Part shown: positions 33,160-47,685 of the stretch, one piece after another
How the letters are laid out: the number at the start of each line of letters is the position of its first letter
How positions within the stretch are numbered: position 1 is the stretch's first letter
Made by a program: the position numbers and the translations under genes
Notes under the pieces: generated by a model
Databases searched by the model: none
What the model saw: the letters and a program-made list of their open reading frames with translations, nothing else
Told to the model about the DNA's origin: nothing
Source of the DNA: Tubiluchus corallicola
Taxonomy: Eukaryota; Animalia; Priapulida
Reading direction: 5' to 3'
DNA length: 64,000 bases
Assembly (NCBI GenBank): GCA_030141605.1
Contig: JAQGDQ010000332.1
Location: 62,001-126,000 of the forward strand

Positions 33160-36100
33160 ATGGCGTTACTCTTACGGTCAATTTATAGAATTGGCCCTAT
33201 TTGTTTAAAAAACAGGTCCGGTTTGATAGGCACTGTTACTATAAGATATGGTAAGTACTAAATACAAATTATGACATTGGCATTTCAAGGTATTCATTCT
33301 CTAAAGAGATTTTTCTTTAGTACTTATTATAGTGCATTTGTCCCAATTCTTTGATGACCCATCAATTGGTATTCTATAATTATATTGATTTTAGAAAAGC
33401 ATCTAACTCCGTTCCTCTTCGTCCTCTGATGTTGAAAATGGAATTTGCAGGTATAAGTTTGAAACGACTCTAATGGTTTCAATATTTTCTAACACAGACG
33501 GCAAAGAGTAAAATTAAATGGTATAACCATTTCCTGGAGAAATGTAACCAGTCTTGAAGTCTTGAACAATATACTTCTAAAAGTCTTTAGCGACACACTA
33601 GAAGTTTGGGTGCGCATGGTTAGTGATAAATGCTGAGAAAAACAGCTCGCTAACTTGTGATAGTATTAGAGGTTATGATAAGAGGTGAAACAGGGAAATC
33701 GACATGGTGTTGGTGCAGACTATAAAAACATGGTTAGATTTACAGACAAGTTAGGTGGTGTGGCACCCTGATGGTAGAAACAGCTGGGGGTGCTACTCCT
33801 CTGAAGTGATCTCTAGTAATGATTTCTCTCATATCCAGTGGAAGTTCGTTCCGCAAGCATATTGCTCTGGGGTAGAAGGAGTATAAATAAATAGTGACTC
33901 TTACTACTGGTTGAACAAATTTGCTGCTATCCTTGAGTGATGGGGCGATATAAGTTGATAAATTTATGCCTATCCTGTGATGCACTGTATCGTGAAACAT
34001 GTTTACATCGTTTGTCGGTATCTGATTTCTAGTGTTTCCCAAGGCTTTATATGTCTTTGCTGTCATGTCACCGCAGTGTATGTGAAACCACTGGTTACAG
34101 TTGTCACATTGCAGGATGGCTTTTTGCTACTGGCCTGTTACAGTGCCCGCATGGCTACTGTGCTGGATCCGTATTGACCTGTATGTCCAATGCCTGGATT
34201 AGCAGTAAGGTAGCCAATAATGTGTTGTGTATACACTGATACAGAAACGTTGATTTTTTACAATTTATGTGGTCAGCAATATCTTCCATTGTGGTAATAA
34301 CAGAATAAGTATTTTGTGTTTCTGAATTTAAATGTCTTTTACTCAGCAGCTGGTTTCCTAAATGCATTAAGCTAAACATAAAGACCATTACCAGTTGCAG
34401 AATTGAAGTACAAGTACTACGCGAACCTCCTCTCCGATGTTTGCAGTATAAAACGTTACAAGATAACATGGCATTCTTTATTCAAACATTATCACAGAAA
34501 TAACGTCATCTCCTACAAGAGCAAATAAAATGCACGAAACTGTGAAAAATGCTGATATAAAACCTTACCATCCAATTAGAAATTCCTCTGTTCAAGAGAT
34601 CTTACAAGCAGACCTGTCTGAAATTAAGTGATAGTGTGACACTGGAACTGGTTAATGTCCCTCAAACATAGTAAATGAACCGCACTTTGTATTTGTTCCA
34701 ATTCTACAATGCCTTATTATCTGAGAGCTGGTGTTATTGACGAAAAATCAGTTGTATTATCAGAGTATCATTCTCAAACAACCTGAAGTGGAACCCGCAT
34801 ATTAAGCACATTATTTCTCAGGCCAATAGACGCATAGGAATGATAAAATGCTGCATTTCATCATGTAATGCAAAAGTTATTATGCCTCTTTATAAAGCTG
34901 TAATTAGACCGATACTTGAGTATGCGTGCATTGTTTGGTCACCACAGCCTGTTACTGTTAAAAATGGTATAGAGAGAACTCACTGGAGGTGTATTAGTCT
35001 GATATTCACCCTAACTCTGTATCTTCTCTTGAACAATGCCATGATACTATAGATCTTATTAACTGTTATAAAGTCATTAGTGATAGTTCTATTTTGTGTA
35101 GCGACAAATTTTTTTCTAGATCACTACGTGAGCTCTAGTTACGTGGACACAATTCTAAATTATTTGTACAATACTCTCGCAATAATATCAGAGCCTATTT
35201 CTTCTCCTCTCGTGTTGTGGGCCCTTGGAATTCACTTACTAGTGAAACGGTGCTGCATCGAATCTGCTTCAGTTGTTGAGGAGAAGCCGCCAATAACCAT
35301 ACCTGTCAACCTGTTATTAGCGTTGCCCTTATATAGGGTCTTGCTAAACCTTATAAGACAGCACGGGACCTTACCGAATCTGAAAATATGTTAATTTGCT
35401 GGGAGCCAACAGAAACAGACCAGTCACGAGATTGCATATCAGTCCACACAACAACAAAAAATCATTGGAACATGATTTTATTGTCTTGTTTTCATGAAAA
35501 AAAAACTATTTAGTTATGGTGTGATATTATTTATGTATGCATATCAGATGGAATTTTGTAACAAACACTTAACTTTATATATACATTATTACATATATAT
35601 TAAAAAAAAAGACAAAACACATAAAAACGAGAGAGGGTTCAAGTTAATCTCACTTTCTTCCTTATATCCTGTTATACAGTCACTGAATCCTTCTGTCCAC
35701 GTGTTGAGAAATGGCTCTTCAGGTCGTAAAACCCGGACGCTCGCACTTTCACATTTTTCCTACATGGAACACAAAACGAGTAGTCGGAGCCTTCTGACGA
35801 GGCTTTCACCCATCCAGCGTATGCTCCACCACAAAACTTTGGGCTCTCCCATTCTTTTAAATGACGTCCAGTTCCAGTTTTTTGCTTTTTCGCCGGAAGA
35901 ACACGTTCGCTTGCCATGTTTTTTTTCACGAATGAAATAGCGGAAGTGGTTAACCGGATGTTAAAAATTATTAGCTGAGTGTGCGCAATGACAACGTTTG
36001 AACGGAAGTAAGATCGTCTGCATGAAAGTACCGATCGAAAAGGGAATATTCGATGCGATTATTTTCGCTGAGCAACATTTTGATTTTCCCGTATATTTTT

Positions 36101-39100
36101 CTTTTCGCCGTATGGATTTTCTTGTAAGCCGTATTGGGCCAAAAATGCATTTTTCCCGTACAGCAATACGGCCAAACCGTATAGGTTGACAGGTATGCAA
36201 TAACCATGTTACGGTTAGGTCTCTTAGACTTTGGAAGCAAGTTTTGCAAGCTCTAGAAAGGTCTAGTAATTTCGCTTCATATCTATCACAATAAACGTGA
36301 CAATAGAAGCAATTATAAGAATAATTATATGAGAGCCTTAACTTAAGTTCATTTTTGAAAACAAATGAGTTATGCCTGGTTTCTTACAACACAGAGCACT
36401 TTATAACACTATAACATTCAATCATCAATTTTGCTCAAGGTGAACTGCAGTTAAACAGTAAAAAGAATTTGTATCCGTTTTTAATCGTGAGGATAAACCT
36501 ACCTAAAGTATTCCAATTTTGAACGGTACCTAGTTATTCATTTCCTAAAATTCAATGTTCAACAGGAAGGTATCGCCAAAAACTGCTTATGAACTTGAAG
36601 CCTATTGTAAAGCTTCTGGTCCGTATGGCATCCCTTGTTGCCTTCTGAAGTCCCCGATCAACATTTTTGGGTAATGAGCCGATCAACTTTGCCGTTCTTC
36701 TATACAGATCGATCACCAATCAGTCACAAGTCCACTAAAATATGTTAATGTTGCTGCTATTAAAGATAAAAAATATTTTTAAACTAACCTAGGTTAGGAC
36801 TTAATCTACCCTAGATTCTACTCAGAATAGATGGCTACAGCCTAATGCACCATGTACACAAATACGGGGTAGACTTGCTTCCCAAAAAAGAATTTCTGTG
36901 AAATGAGTTTTCTAAGATAAATATTTTCTGGGAAAAAATTTTCTGGCATTTCTTTTCTTGGAAGTTATTTTTTCTGGGAAATGGTTTTTCTGTGACTGGG
37001 AAGCAGTTTTTCTGAGAAATGCACCTAAACCACCAATACAACTGTAATAGAACATTCAGGTAATGTGCAAGGACTTCAAAAAATTTAACTAAATGCAATT
37101 AAGTTTTAAATTTTTGTTTGGATGTTCTTCAATTCTAAATTCTGCAATTTTTATGGCATGATTGGCTCAATAATTTACGTAACCAATCAAACAGTTCAAT
37201 GATGAGCTGATCAGAGCTTGTTCTCTGATCACCGATCTTAACCAAACATCAATATCCATTCACCAATTACTGATCAGCTCGCCTGTCATTATTATTTGAT
37301 GAGGACAGACACAAGTAATATAATGATGCATGCAGTAATCAAAATTGAAAATTGATGAGTAGGTCATAAAAAGGACGAAATGAAATATGTAAATAATTCC
37401 CATCGATTTAATTAAACTGCTGAAACAATATTTGGTGTACTAGTTTACCATTTCCTAGTTTAGTTAGTGAAAGTGTTTGTTTGCGCAGTTTTATAGATTG
37501 TAAGTACTATAATTCCCACAGGAAAAGAATAGTACTGTATACTTACATACCTATAAGGCTGCAAGCACTGAATAGGTAGTAGATATGCAATTTTGCCATG
37601 TATATGTAAGTATTTTCATCTACCATGAAACCGTGGTTGCTAATCAGTGACGAAGCACAACTGAAACAGTACTTATCATGAGATCGATATGTAAGTAACA
37701 AGGTGATTGGCTAAGTAAGATCATCCAATAAGAGCATTTCATTTTGTTATTGGCGAATCCTGAATGGCAGCATCCTGAAATTGGAGACTGGCAAAGATGC
37801 CGAAAAGAAGAGCCTATAGTTTGAAAGTAAACCACTAGGAACTAAACATTTTGCGAGTGTGATTTTGGCAAGTGGAGAGTGCTGAAAAACGTGCTTCTAA
37901 ATTCAAAATGGGTGGGTGCGATCACGCCCCCAAAAGGCAAGCACTGTTAGTGTATGCCAATTTACATTACACTATGAACATTATTTATGAACACTTTTGC
38001 AAAGTTTCACATTTTAACAAAGATTATTAGTTTTGTTAGAACACTAGATATTGCCTGACAAGTAAAAGTGAACTTAACATGTAATCGTGATGTATGCAGA
38101 AACAACACTGTTGCTTTGGAGTCTCTTCAGTCCAAAGGTTCTCCCCATTAACTCTAGATAAAAGCCACTAACTACAGCTTATCATTAATACATGTATAAT
38201 TTATGGCAGCTGCATCTGTATGTAAAACAACCAGGTTTGTGATAGTATGTTTGAAGGATTTCAGTTTAATATGTGTTGGTTGGGTCTACGGTGGCTTCAG
38301 TTTAATTCTGTTTAAATAACTTCACGTTCGGTGTTTAATTTAGTTTTCTAGATACTCTGCAAACCCAATATGATTTTACATTTGTCGGATGTTTCAGGAG
38401 GATACTGGAACAAAGACTGGAAACCAGGGCCCTTTCCCAAAACACCAGAAGAAAGGGAAGCCGCAGCTAAGAAATATGGCCTGTTGCCAGAGGATTATGA
38501 TGTTTATCCTGATGATGGTTTGTATAATTAAATTTTACTTTCTGCACCAAATGTAGTTGCAGCTTAATTGGCTTACAATAAGTTTTAGACCGACTATCAA
38601 AATTCCACTCGCGCACAAGTGTTTTCTTAAATTTTCCTACAAGAATCACTAATCCGAAATACTGTTGGAAAAATGCGGGTTGTGATCATTGATTAGAAGC
38701 AGTCAAGTGATATGAGCTGATGTGATCGTACCGATGTGATCAATTTAAACTAAATTAGTATTTCAACTTTTAAAAAACTGAAGATTCTGTGGAAAAATAA
38801 AAGGCACCAAAAATAGCATTTCCTACGAAGATTATTTTTGATTTCTAAAATCAGCCATTTTAAGCCTACTGCCATTGCAATTGATGCTTCATATTTTTGT
38901 CTTTTTTAGCAGTGGTGGTTGTTTCAAACTAGTGAACCACTGCAATTCTAAGTTAAACTCTTAAGCTGTAGAATACATTGAAAATTATTTGATGAATCAG
39001 TTACGTTTCACAGAAACATGTTATCCCTGCAGTTTAACCATGTGTAATATGCAGAAACAGCCTGCTTGTGGATGTTTGATTTTATTTAGCAAAGCTGGAT

Positions 39101-41807
39101 GGGAAATGAGTCGCATAAGTCACATGTCTGGCACACTGATAATGGTAAACTAAACCGTTGATGTGTAGAAATTGTGTTTCTTGGTAAAAAAAAGCTGTTT
39201 CATAAAAAAGTATTTAATTTTTGTGACTAACAAGAGTAAATTTTAGCAACTTAAGCTAAAAATTAGTGATAGTAGTTTGTCTCTGGTTTCTATTCTTGCA
39301 CTAAATGACTAGACATTTTAATCGTTGGTTGTATGTTATAAAATTGAAGAGATTTCTCTTAACACAACATTTTATAAAAAACTGGCACATAATTAGTCGG
39401 ATACAAATTATGAAGCTGCTAAAAATAAAAACTATTATTTTATTGTCACCATTATCAAGCAATTTGTGAATCATTTTGGATATTTTTCAGGTACTGGCTA
39501 TGGCGACTACCCAAAACTTGAACCAGTGTCTAATGATATGAGAGATCCATACCACAATTACGATTACCCGTATCTAAAGTAAGTGATAGAGTACAGTAGG
39601 TGGGTCATAATTATTTGTAAAGCAATACTCACCACTGTTAGCATGTACTTGTAAATCTTTGACTTAAAATTGTGTTTTTGAGGTTGGTAATGTAATTGAC
39701 TTCTCTTCTGCAATCTCACGCAGTACATGAGAGTTTTACAACTTGCACAAGATTTTAAAAATTTTTACAAGGTAGAGAGCACTTTTTGCAGCATTGCCAG
39801 TTAGAGAGCTGCTCAATAAATTTGTCTGGGAGGCTGTGTCTATGTCTAGAAAACTTGATGTTGTTGTCGTAATGAACTCTAGTTAATGTGTCAAAGATGC
39901 AACAATTAAAAAAACAAAGAAAAGGAAGGGCAAAAATGTAGGATTAAACAAAAAGTTTGAAGTTTCTTTTCAAATCACAATATTAATACAGATTTTTAAA
40001 TCAAAATGAGGATCAGAAGATTTGTTGCAAAATAATATTTAAATTTTGTTTTATAATTTAGTTCAAAATTTTACTGGTGCTAAATCTTGTGATTAAGCGT
40101 GGCTTCAGTGGTGTGGAGCATGAGTGAAGCTAGAAAATGTTGTGGCATTATATCACCTTTATCAATTCTTTTTCACAGTTTCTTTTTCTCCTTTTTAGGC
40201 GTGATTTTGGTGAGCCAATTCACATAGATGCCGACATGTACGGTGAAGACAGAATTAGTTTGGCACGACAGCGGTATAGCACGTGGGAAAAGCTTCGATG
40301 GCTCTTTACAGTTATTGGCCTTTTTTCTGCTGCTTGGTTTCTTTGCGAGAAATATCCACTAACACTTGCTGTTGTAAGTTTCGTTAATGTTGTGGCAACA
40401 AAAACTTGCAAGTACAACTTTCATAAACATACATGATACACCAAATGAAATTCTATGGCAAATTTCTCTCTTTCATTAAAGAACATAAGCAAATCGCAAA
40501 TGTGATCGCATGTGACATACTAGAAGAGTCTGTGTTATATGTCTCAGTAGCAAATATTCACTTTAGCTGTTTAAATTATTTGAATTTATGTGTTTTTGTA
40601 CAACTATGAGAAAACTGCAATAGATTTGAACTAAGTGGTGCATGTTCTAATTAATCACAACAAAATTGATGGGTAATAGATCCGAATACAGAACTAGTGT
40701 GTTAACGTCCACCACGCACTGTGATATAGAGCCTGTCTAATATTGAATACTAAAACACAAATGTCAAAATGTTAAACACAGGTTTCCAAAACATGTTTTT
40801 CGTTTTTTCATAGACTTCAAAAACTTTAATTTCGGGTCGGATTGTGTACTAGGCTCACTGCCTGTCTAGTGTCTACACTGAAAAGTTGGTGCTTTCACAA
40901 CTTTTTGCAATTTTTAGCTGTTTTAGAAATTCTGTAGTGTGAAAACAATTTAATATCCTAATTCTTGTCCTTGAGAAAATTGTTTTGTTTTGCATTTCTG
41001 ATATATCCAACGTTTTAAAATTAGCTCTAAATTTGTGGTTTGAAATTTTTTGTCTGAGGTCAGGTAAGTGACTATCTAGCTTTTTAAAAGAGCTCAACAC
41101 ACTGAAATCTAGAATTCGGGATTCAGTTTGGGAGAATAAAATTATAGACCACTGTCAGTCATAAGTGTTAAGCTAATAAGGGTAAAGTAATCCAAACTCT
41201 TGTAGACTATATCTTGATTATTCTCGAAAGAGAAGTTATGTAGATTTTATTACATGCTCATTTTTAGAGCAAGGCATTCCTATTCATTGTATAGGCACTC
41301 TCACCTGTGACTCATTTTAGTCTTGCACACATTTTTAGTGTATTTTTAATACATATTTTTTTAATATTTGTGAATATTGTTGCCAATTTTTAAAATAAAA
41401 TAATTCATTAATTTTTTTCAATAAAATAATCCTTAATGAAGTAATTGAGTTTCCATTGATGTTAATCAGTTTAGCTCAGTGTGTCTGTTCTTTGTTAAAT
41501 AAGCTCCTCCGTGGCTCAAATTATTTTTATACATTTTTTTATTGTTAAATAACTTTGATGAATATGAATACCAACTTTTTTACAGAAAATTCACTTTTAA
41601 ATAAAATAATAATGCATTATCCTGGTGATGCAAAATTTGGCACATTTTAACCCAAGCATGTTTCACACTTAAGGACAGAAGCATTTCTTTCATGTTGATT
41701 TTTAGATGCCAAAGCAGTTTCCTTACAATGAGCTATGGGTGGAAAATGGCGGTGCTCCAGATGAGATGCCAGAAATTAAACATTACACATTTGAACCTGC
41801 GGAATAG
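33160..41807 (+). CDS. NDUFB8: NADH:ubiquinone oxidoreductase subunit B8 (ASHI), mitochondrial, 191 aa
   Basis: Exons 33160-33250, 38398-38517, 39491-39578, 40199-40373 and 41706-41807 join in frame. Arg-rich presequence, [52 protein letters not shown]...KRDFGEPIH, one TM helix, [20 protein letters not shown]. Confidence 0.95.
33345..35245 (+). mobile_element. Decayed CR1/L2-group LINE reverse transcriptase fragments (NDUFB8 intron 1)
   Basis: [13 protein letters not shown] (cf. YLDFxKAFDxVPH) at ~33380; [41 protein letters not shown] at 34780-34945; stops and frameshifts. Confidence 0.8.
33570..34230 (-). mobile_element. Second LINE 3' fragment in opposite orientation
   Basis: ORF 33740-34066 contains [15 protein letters not shown] (cf. 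the LINE ORF2 C-terminal SFFPRTIxxWNxLP motif). Confidence 0.65.
35298..36197 (-). mobile_element. 900-bp non-autonomous DNA transposon (hAT-like) with BED-type zinc-finger remnant
   Basis: Perfect 15-bp TIRs CATACCTGTCAACCT / AGGTTGACAGGTATG flanked by the direct repeat CAATAAC. Internal minus ORF 35672-35929 with [22 protein letters not shown]. Confidence 0.8.
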
Positions 41808-42502
41808 GAATAGGATTTCTCTGTACCATTGCTTCTGATCTGCAGTTGCCAGTCTAACTGTGCTCCCGAAGACTGCACACAGCCCAGTGTCTGTTATAAT
41901 TTTACCTGCATGGATTTTGTGTCTGACTGCATTGTTTCTTTTCTAAATGAGTGTACGACAACATTGGACAACGGTTACTCCTTTACAGCTGTTCTTTTTA
42001 ATACAGTGCCAGTATAATATGTAGTGGGTTTTTCATACTGTAAGGAACCAAGTAAGTGGCATGGAACTATAAACTTCAATTATCAGTAGTACTTATATCT
42101 TAGGAAATATAGGAAAACAATAGTAAATCTTATTTGTATAGTGTATACTGGGCTGTCAAGTTAGAGCACAGTCAGAACAGTGACTGTCCTCTGGCTCTAA
42201 TATCTTAGCATTTATAAGATTTTTGCAAGTTTCACAGGAAGAAACATTAAAACTTTTTCAGATTGTCTTGTTGTATGTACAAAATGGTTGTCTTGTACCT
42301 GGAAAATATGTTTCTCAAAACATTTAATGCCAATAAAGTAGGATAACACAATTTTTTACACACCACTAAACAAAATGTATTAAATAAAAGCAAGAAAAGT
42401 GGAAAAAGTTATTTCCTAAAATGTGATCATTAGGAAGTGTCTTTGTTTTGTGGTTTCCGTGTTTAATTTGTGAATTGGAAAATTTTGAATGTAGTTTTCG
42501 AG

Positions 42503-43103
42503 CAGTGGCGGCTCGTGTATAGACACTGCGGAACTGCAGCATCCCCTATTTTCACTCGATATTATCGCTAATATTCAATATAATGAATCTTATTTCTTTA
42601 ATTCTTTCTTATACTTATACGTACTTGTAAATCTTTGTATGGAAACAGACCATGTGGCGGAACTGTGCGCTTCACATCTCCAGCATTGTGCACTTCGCTG
42701 GTCCAGTAACTTGGTGTTTGGCTGTTGTGCACATGCGGCCATGCGCACATGTCTGAGATAAGACTCTGAATGCTTGGTGAGAGAGTGCTGTCACTCATGA
42801 AGTGTTGATCAAGGAGAAAATTATTTATCTTTTTGCTCAAAGTAAAACAAGAAGAATGGATTTTGTTTTTAAATGAATAGATCTATTTAAACTTAAATTA
42901 ACTTAATAAATTAGGTTAATTTAACTTGAACTGCAACAACTTAGGATATTAGTAAGTAAAAAATGTTTTTTTGTTTAGGATTTTATCAAATTTATGTATA
43001 AATTTCCTTTTTATATGTTTGTTCCATTTTACACAATATTAAAACAATAGCTAAAAATTTTCTGAAGTAGCACTCCACTAATTTTAGCTATGAGCCGCCA
43101 CTG
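42503..43103. mobile_element. hAT-type MITE
   Basis: TIRs CAGTGGCGGCTC / GAGCCGCCACTG; 8-bp TSD TTTTCGAG / CTTTCGAG (7/8 match). Confidence 0.85.
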
Positions 43104-44862
43104 CTTTCGAGTGCCTAGAGTAATTAATAAGTAAGGAAAAAAATCTGCAACAGATTTCCAGATATGTTCAATTTAAATTTATTGTACAATATTAATTTTT
43201 TGTGAATATGTTAAGTCACAGACACAGTAAAAACTTATTGGAGTAACCTGGCAGACAGAATGAATGAAAGAAAGCATAATTTTATCTGTATGGAAATGAG
43301 CGAACTGTCGTATCTGAGGCATGTATAGTAGCGTAATATTCATCAAAAGTAACACCTGAAAGTTGATTAGATGGTTTAGTGTTTTTCCAGCTAGAATATG
43401 TGACTATTGTGATAATAACAGTAATTGTGTAATTAAAACTGTTGTCTGTTTGTTACTACGAACTTTGTTGGGTCTTTTTTTAGTATTGATTGTTTTTTCG
43501 AAATCTGTACATCTGCAGGTGCAAAATGTTAGTTCGGAGTACGAAGCGGCATCAAGATGATAATATTTTGAAAAGTTATATTTGTATTGAGTTTTATTAC
43601 TTCGTGGCAGACTTTTGGAAGTGTGTCATTTAGTACATTTAATTTACACTGTTTATTAATTCGATACGATGTTCACAGTAATGAAAACAATGCTAGTTCC
43701 CAAAATTCAACTATATGTGTGACCTGATACATTCTATTATGTACGATAAAATTTAGTACACCACGTGGAGGGCAAAAAATTATACACATTTTATTAAGTG
43801 AGCACTTAAAAGATACACATATAACCAGATGCATTTTATTAATCAACAATATATTACTATTTTAGCATTAAGGACCAAACCAGAAGCATTATTTTGTACA
43901 ATAAAGATAACAGAAGGCTTTTCTGCTTTCAAAAGAAAAGCTCAAAGTTCTAAAGGATTCTACAAAGATTGAAAAATGCAATTTTTACATCTGTAAGCAA
44001 ATAATCATATACATAGGATAGGTGTGTGGGTCTTTCAAAAATGTGATTTTGGCCTGTGGTTGTTTAAAATTGTAGGTCTTTAGTAAAATACGTCACACAC
44101 TCACCAATGGTTTTTGTCTTTGTCAAGTGATGTGATCGAATTAAACATGGATATCTTAACCAGGCTTGCTAAATGTTAAAATGTCGAAAATTTTAATTTC
44201 ATACTATACAGAAGAGCATCAAATTACGAGCTTTTTCATTTTTGTTGTTGGCCTCTTGTAGTTAATTATATTAGTTATGCTTTGTTTCCCAATAACCTTG
44301 CAAATCATTACCAGAACAGCTGCAAAATTATTTAAAGAAGAGCTCCGTGCACTTTCTAGATCTTAATAAACACGTGATTATCAAGGACAAACTGCTTGTC
44401 AGAGTTTGATAAAAATGGTATTCAATGGAAATAATAATTAATATTTAATAATGCCTAAAAAGCCAGCTAAATGATGTTCACCGTTGACTTAAACCTTAAC
44501 CTTGGAGTATTATAAAACATGAATAAGACTGGCACTTTGATCCACTGTTCGTCTGTACCAGCAAGCACGCTTATCTGAAGTTCAAGAAGGTCTCACCAGT
44601 TTACTGTAACCCTGATTTCAATAGTGGTCTTTACGTTGATTTCTTCTCTGTCTCCTAGGGGAATGCCTACCTCGGCTAATCGGAGTTCCTTTAAAAACTA
44701 TACCAGCGTGCCTGCCCAGGCCTGAATGCACTGCAACGATAATAAAATAATAATTGATTGTTTGTTAATCAGTGATGTGGCAGAAGAAAGACTGATAATT
44801 AATGTGACTACAAGAAAGTCTATTATAATTAATTTCGTTGTGATAAGACTCTCTCCCGCGAG

Positions 44863-44865
<3 letters not shown>

Positions 44866-44933
<68 letters not shown>

Positions 44934-44995
44934 CTCTCTCTCTCTTTCTCCTTCCCCCCTCTCTCTTTCTCTCTCTCCCTCTTTCTCCTTCTCTT
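44866..44995. repeat. (CT)n microsatellite
   Basis: Directly visible. Confidence 0.95.
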
Positions 44996-45379
44996 TCATA
45001 AAAAAAAACACTTCAACCATTTTTCGGTGACATGTGGAACTTCAGAACAAGGCTTATAAAAACAAATTTGTTCGTGCAATACACGTTATTGTCACCATGT
45101 TGGTACAATATAGGATGTTTTTCCAGTATTGATGCAACATTTGGACTAATATTGTTATCCATTATTGGAAACACATGGTTTGCATAATATTTATAAAATA
45201 CTGGTACAATGCTGTGGCAAGTCCACATTTCCACGTGGTATCCATATTTGCAAAAATATTGTGACAACATTGGTACAATATTGTCGTGCTCCTGGGATAT
45301 CATGTTATCTTGTTATATTGACACTGTTAATCATGTTCTTCTTGACAAATTAAACTATTATGGAACTAAATCTGTATCT

Positions 45380-46032
45380 CAGTCTTGATTCAATAGCTAT
45401 TTAACTGGTCGCAGTCGATATATTGAAGTAGATGGACATCGATCCTCTCAACTTCCAATGACAGTAGGTGGCCTTCATTAAGGGACCAACATTAAGTCCA
45501 AGTCTATTTTATTTCTTTGGTATATAGATGACATGCCTTTCTGTAGTAATAAACTTTTGCTTCGTCTATTTCCTCTTGGCAGAAATATGTTCTTTGCTAA
45601 CACTAATTTAATAAATTCAGAATTTACAATGAATCAAGAACTTAAATATATAACTGAGTGCTTACAGTCAGTAAACTGCCTCTTAATATTAAAAAATCTA
45701 ATTACATTCTTTTTCTCTCAAAAAATAAATCAATAAATGGCAATTTCGAAATTATACTTAATGTTTTACCTATTGCTAAGCCACAGTGATGCAGTAGTTG
45801 TACCCTAAATTTTCGCAGGTTTCCCGAAATTTACAATTTTGTTTTCCATTGAATTTATATAGCTATTGAATGATAATTATTGTCAGTTATGGTAACCATC
45901 TGTAGGAGGAAGACTAGAGAGCACTTGCTATTTCTTCTCCCGTACAGTAACCTTATTTAATCATTATTATCACTGTATTGTTGTATCCGTTATTTTGACT
46001 GTTGTAAAATAAATTTATTCTATTCTATTCTA
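45380..46032 (+). mobile_element. Decayed LINE (L2/CR1-group) 3' fragment
   Basis: SYLTGRSRYIEVDG..S..LPMTVG and YIDDMP..LLLRLF RT-like motifs; ends in AATAAA plus an (ATTCT)n tail at ~46008-46032. Confidence 0.65.
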
Positions 46033-46454
46033 TATCACGGTGTGCAACAAGATTGTATTTTCTTAAATGTACAGTAACTCGTTAAACTGGCTTACGTAAT
46101 TATTGCTCCCTGCTATTTTTATTATAACAGATAGGCGTGAAATCAGTTGTATTATTTACTTGTAAAGTCAGCGTGTAACCTTAATATAAATCGGATGACT
46201 GACAAATTGACGAAATTCGCGTACGAACGATTACCGCGTACACAGCACTGCGCACGCTCCATCCAAGGCATGCCTTGTTGGTTTACACAACAAGATGAGT
46301 TTGGAAAATTATAACAATAAACTAAATCCAAGTTCTTTTAGACTGCGCGACTTGCTATGCTCGTAAAATGTGCAAAAGCTGATTCTGTTTGATGAGCCGG
46401 ATGAGGCTTTTGACGGTCTTGTCTGTAACTGACCGTTTAGCAATCGCAGTTCTA

Positions 46455-46830
46455 AATCAATAAACCTTTTCATAGTTTTGTTGTGCGCACGCGCAGTTGC
46501 TGTAGGTCAAAGGTTAAGCGTACCACAGCAACGCGTCATAACTACAACCGCCACGTGACATGTGAGTAAAGCAAAGCCGTCTGCCACATCAGTTTAGTAA
46601 CGTCAGTTGTTTTAGGTAAAGTTTGCCTAATAATGCATAGTCTGTGATTTACTAGCAGGATATTGCTTGAGAACAAGAAAGAATGAATTTTCTGGTTAGC
46701 TATTAAAATATGCTAAAACGCTTACAACAGCTTGGGCTGCGAAGCGTTGTCAAGTGAACACAAATACGTTGTCTGGTACACTTAACCTCTGATACTTTCA
46801 CGATCATCATCAATCGCTGGAACTGTGAAA
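46455..46830 (+). repeat. Interspersed repeat, copy 1 (inverted relative to the copy at 59086-59474)
   Basis: GCAGTTGCTGTAGGTCAAAGGTTAAGCGTACCACAGCAACGCGTC..TGATTTACTAGCAGGATATTGCTTGAGAACAAGAAA matches the reverse complement of the 59.1-59.5 kb copy. Internal inverted repeat GGTCAAAGGTTAAG../..CTTAACCTCTGA. Confidence 0.85.
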
Positions 46831-47217
46831 ATACTTATCAACAAGATTATAATGCCACATCATATAAACGTAATTAAAAACAGAAAATTACCTCTGTCTT
46901 GTTTATGCTTCCTTGGACGTGAGTGTCTTCTCGTACCGACGTATACCGGGTGATAATAAACTTTCTGCGTCTGCGGTGCCCTCGTTGTTGTCGTCGTTGT
47001 CGTTGCTGCCGTTGGCTCTTCTGTTGTCGTTGTTGTCGTCGTTGTCGTTGGCTCTTCTGTTGTCGTTGTTACTATACGAAAAACAAATACATTACGTTAG
47101 TAAGTCTAGTATCGATCGCACAGTTTGTTTTGTTTGTCTGTGATGTGGTTTGCAAAATTTATGTATTAAAATTTAGATTTCATATTTTAGAATTTTATTC
47201 TGCATGTGGTGAATGTG

Positions 47218-47685
<468 letters not shown>

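Noticed and set aside
37209-37232. Hairpin TGATCAGAG-CTTGTT-CTCTGATCA next to ATGATGA (C/D snoRNA-like)
   Set aside because: C-to-D distance too short for a snoRNA; insufficient evidence
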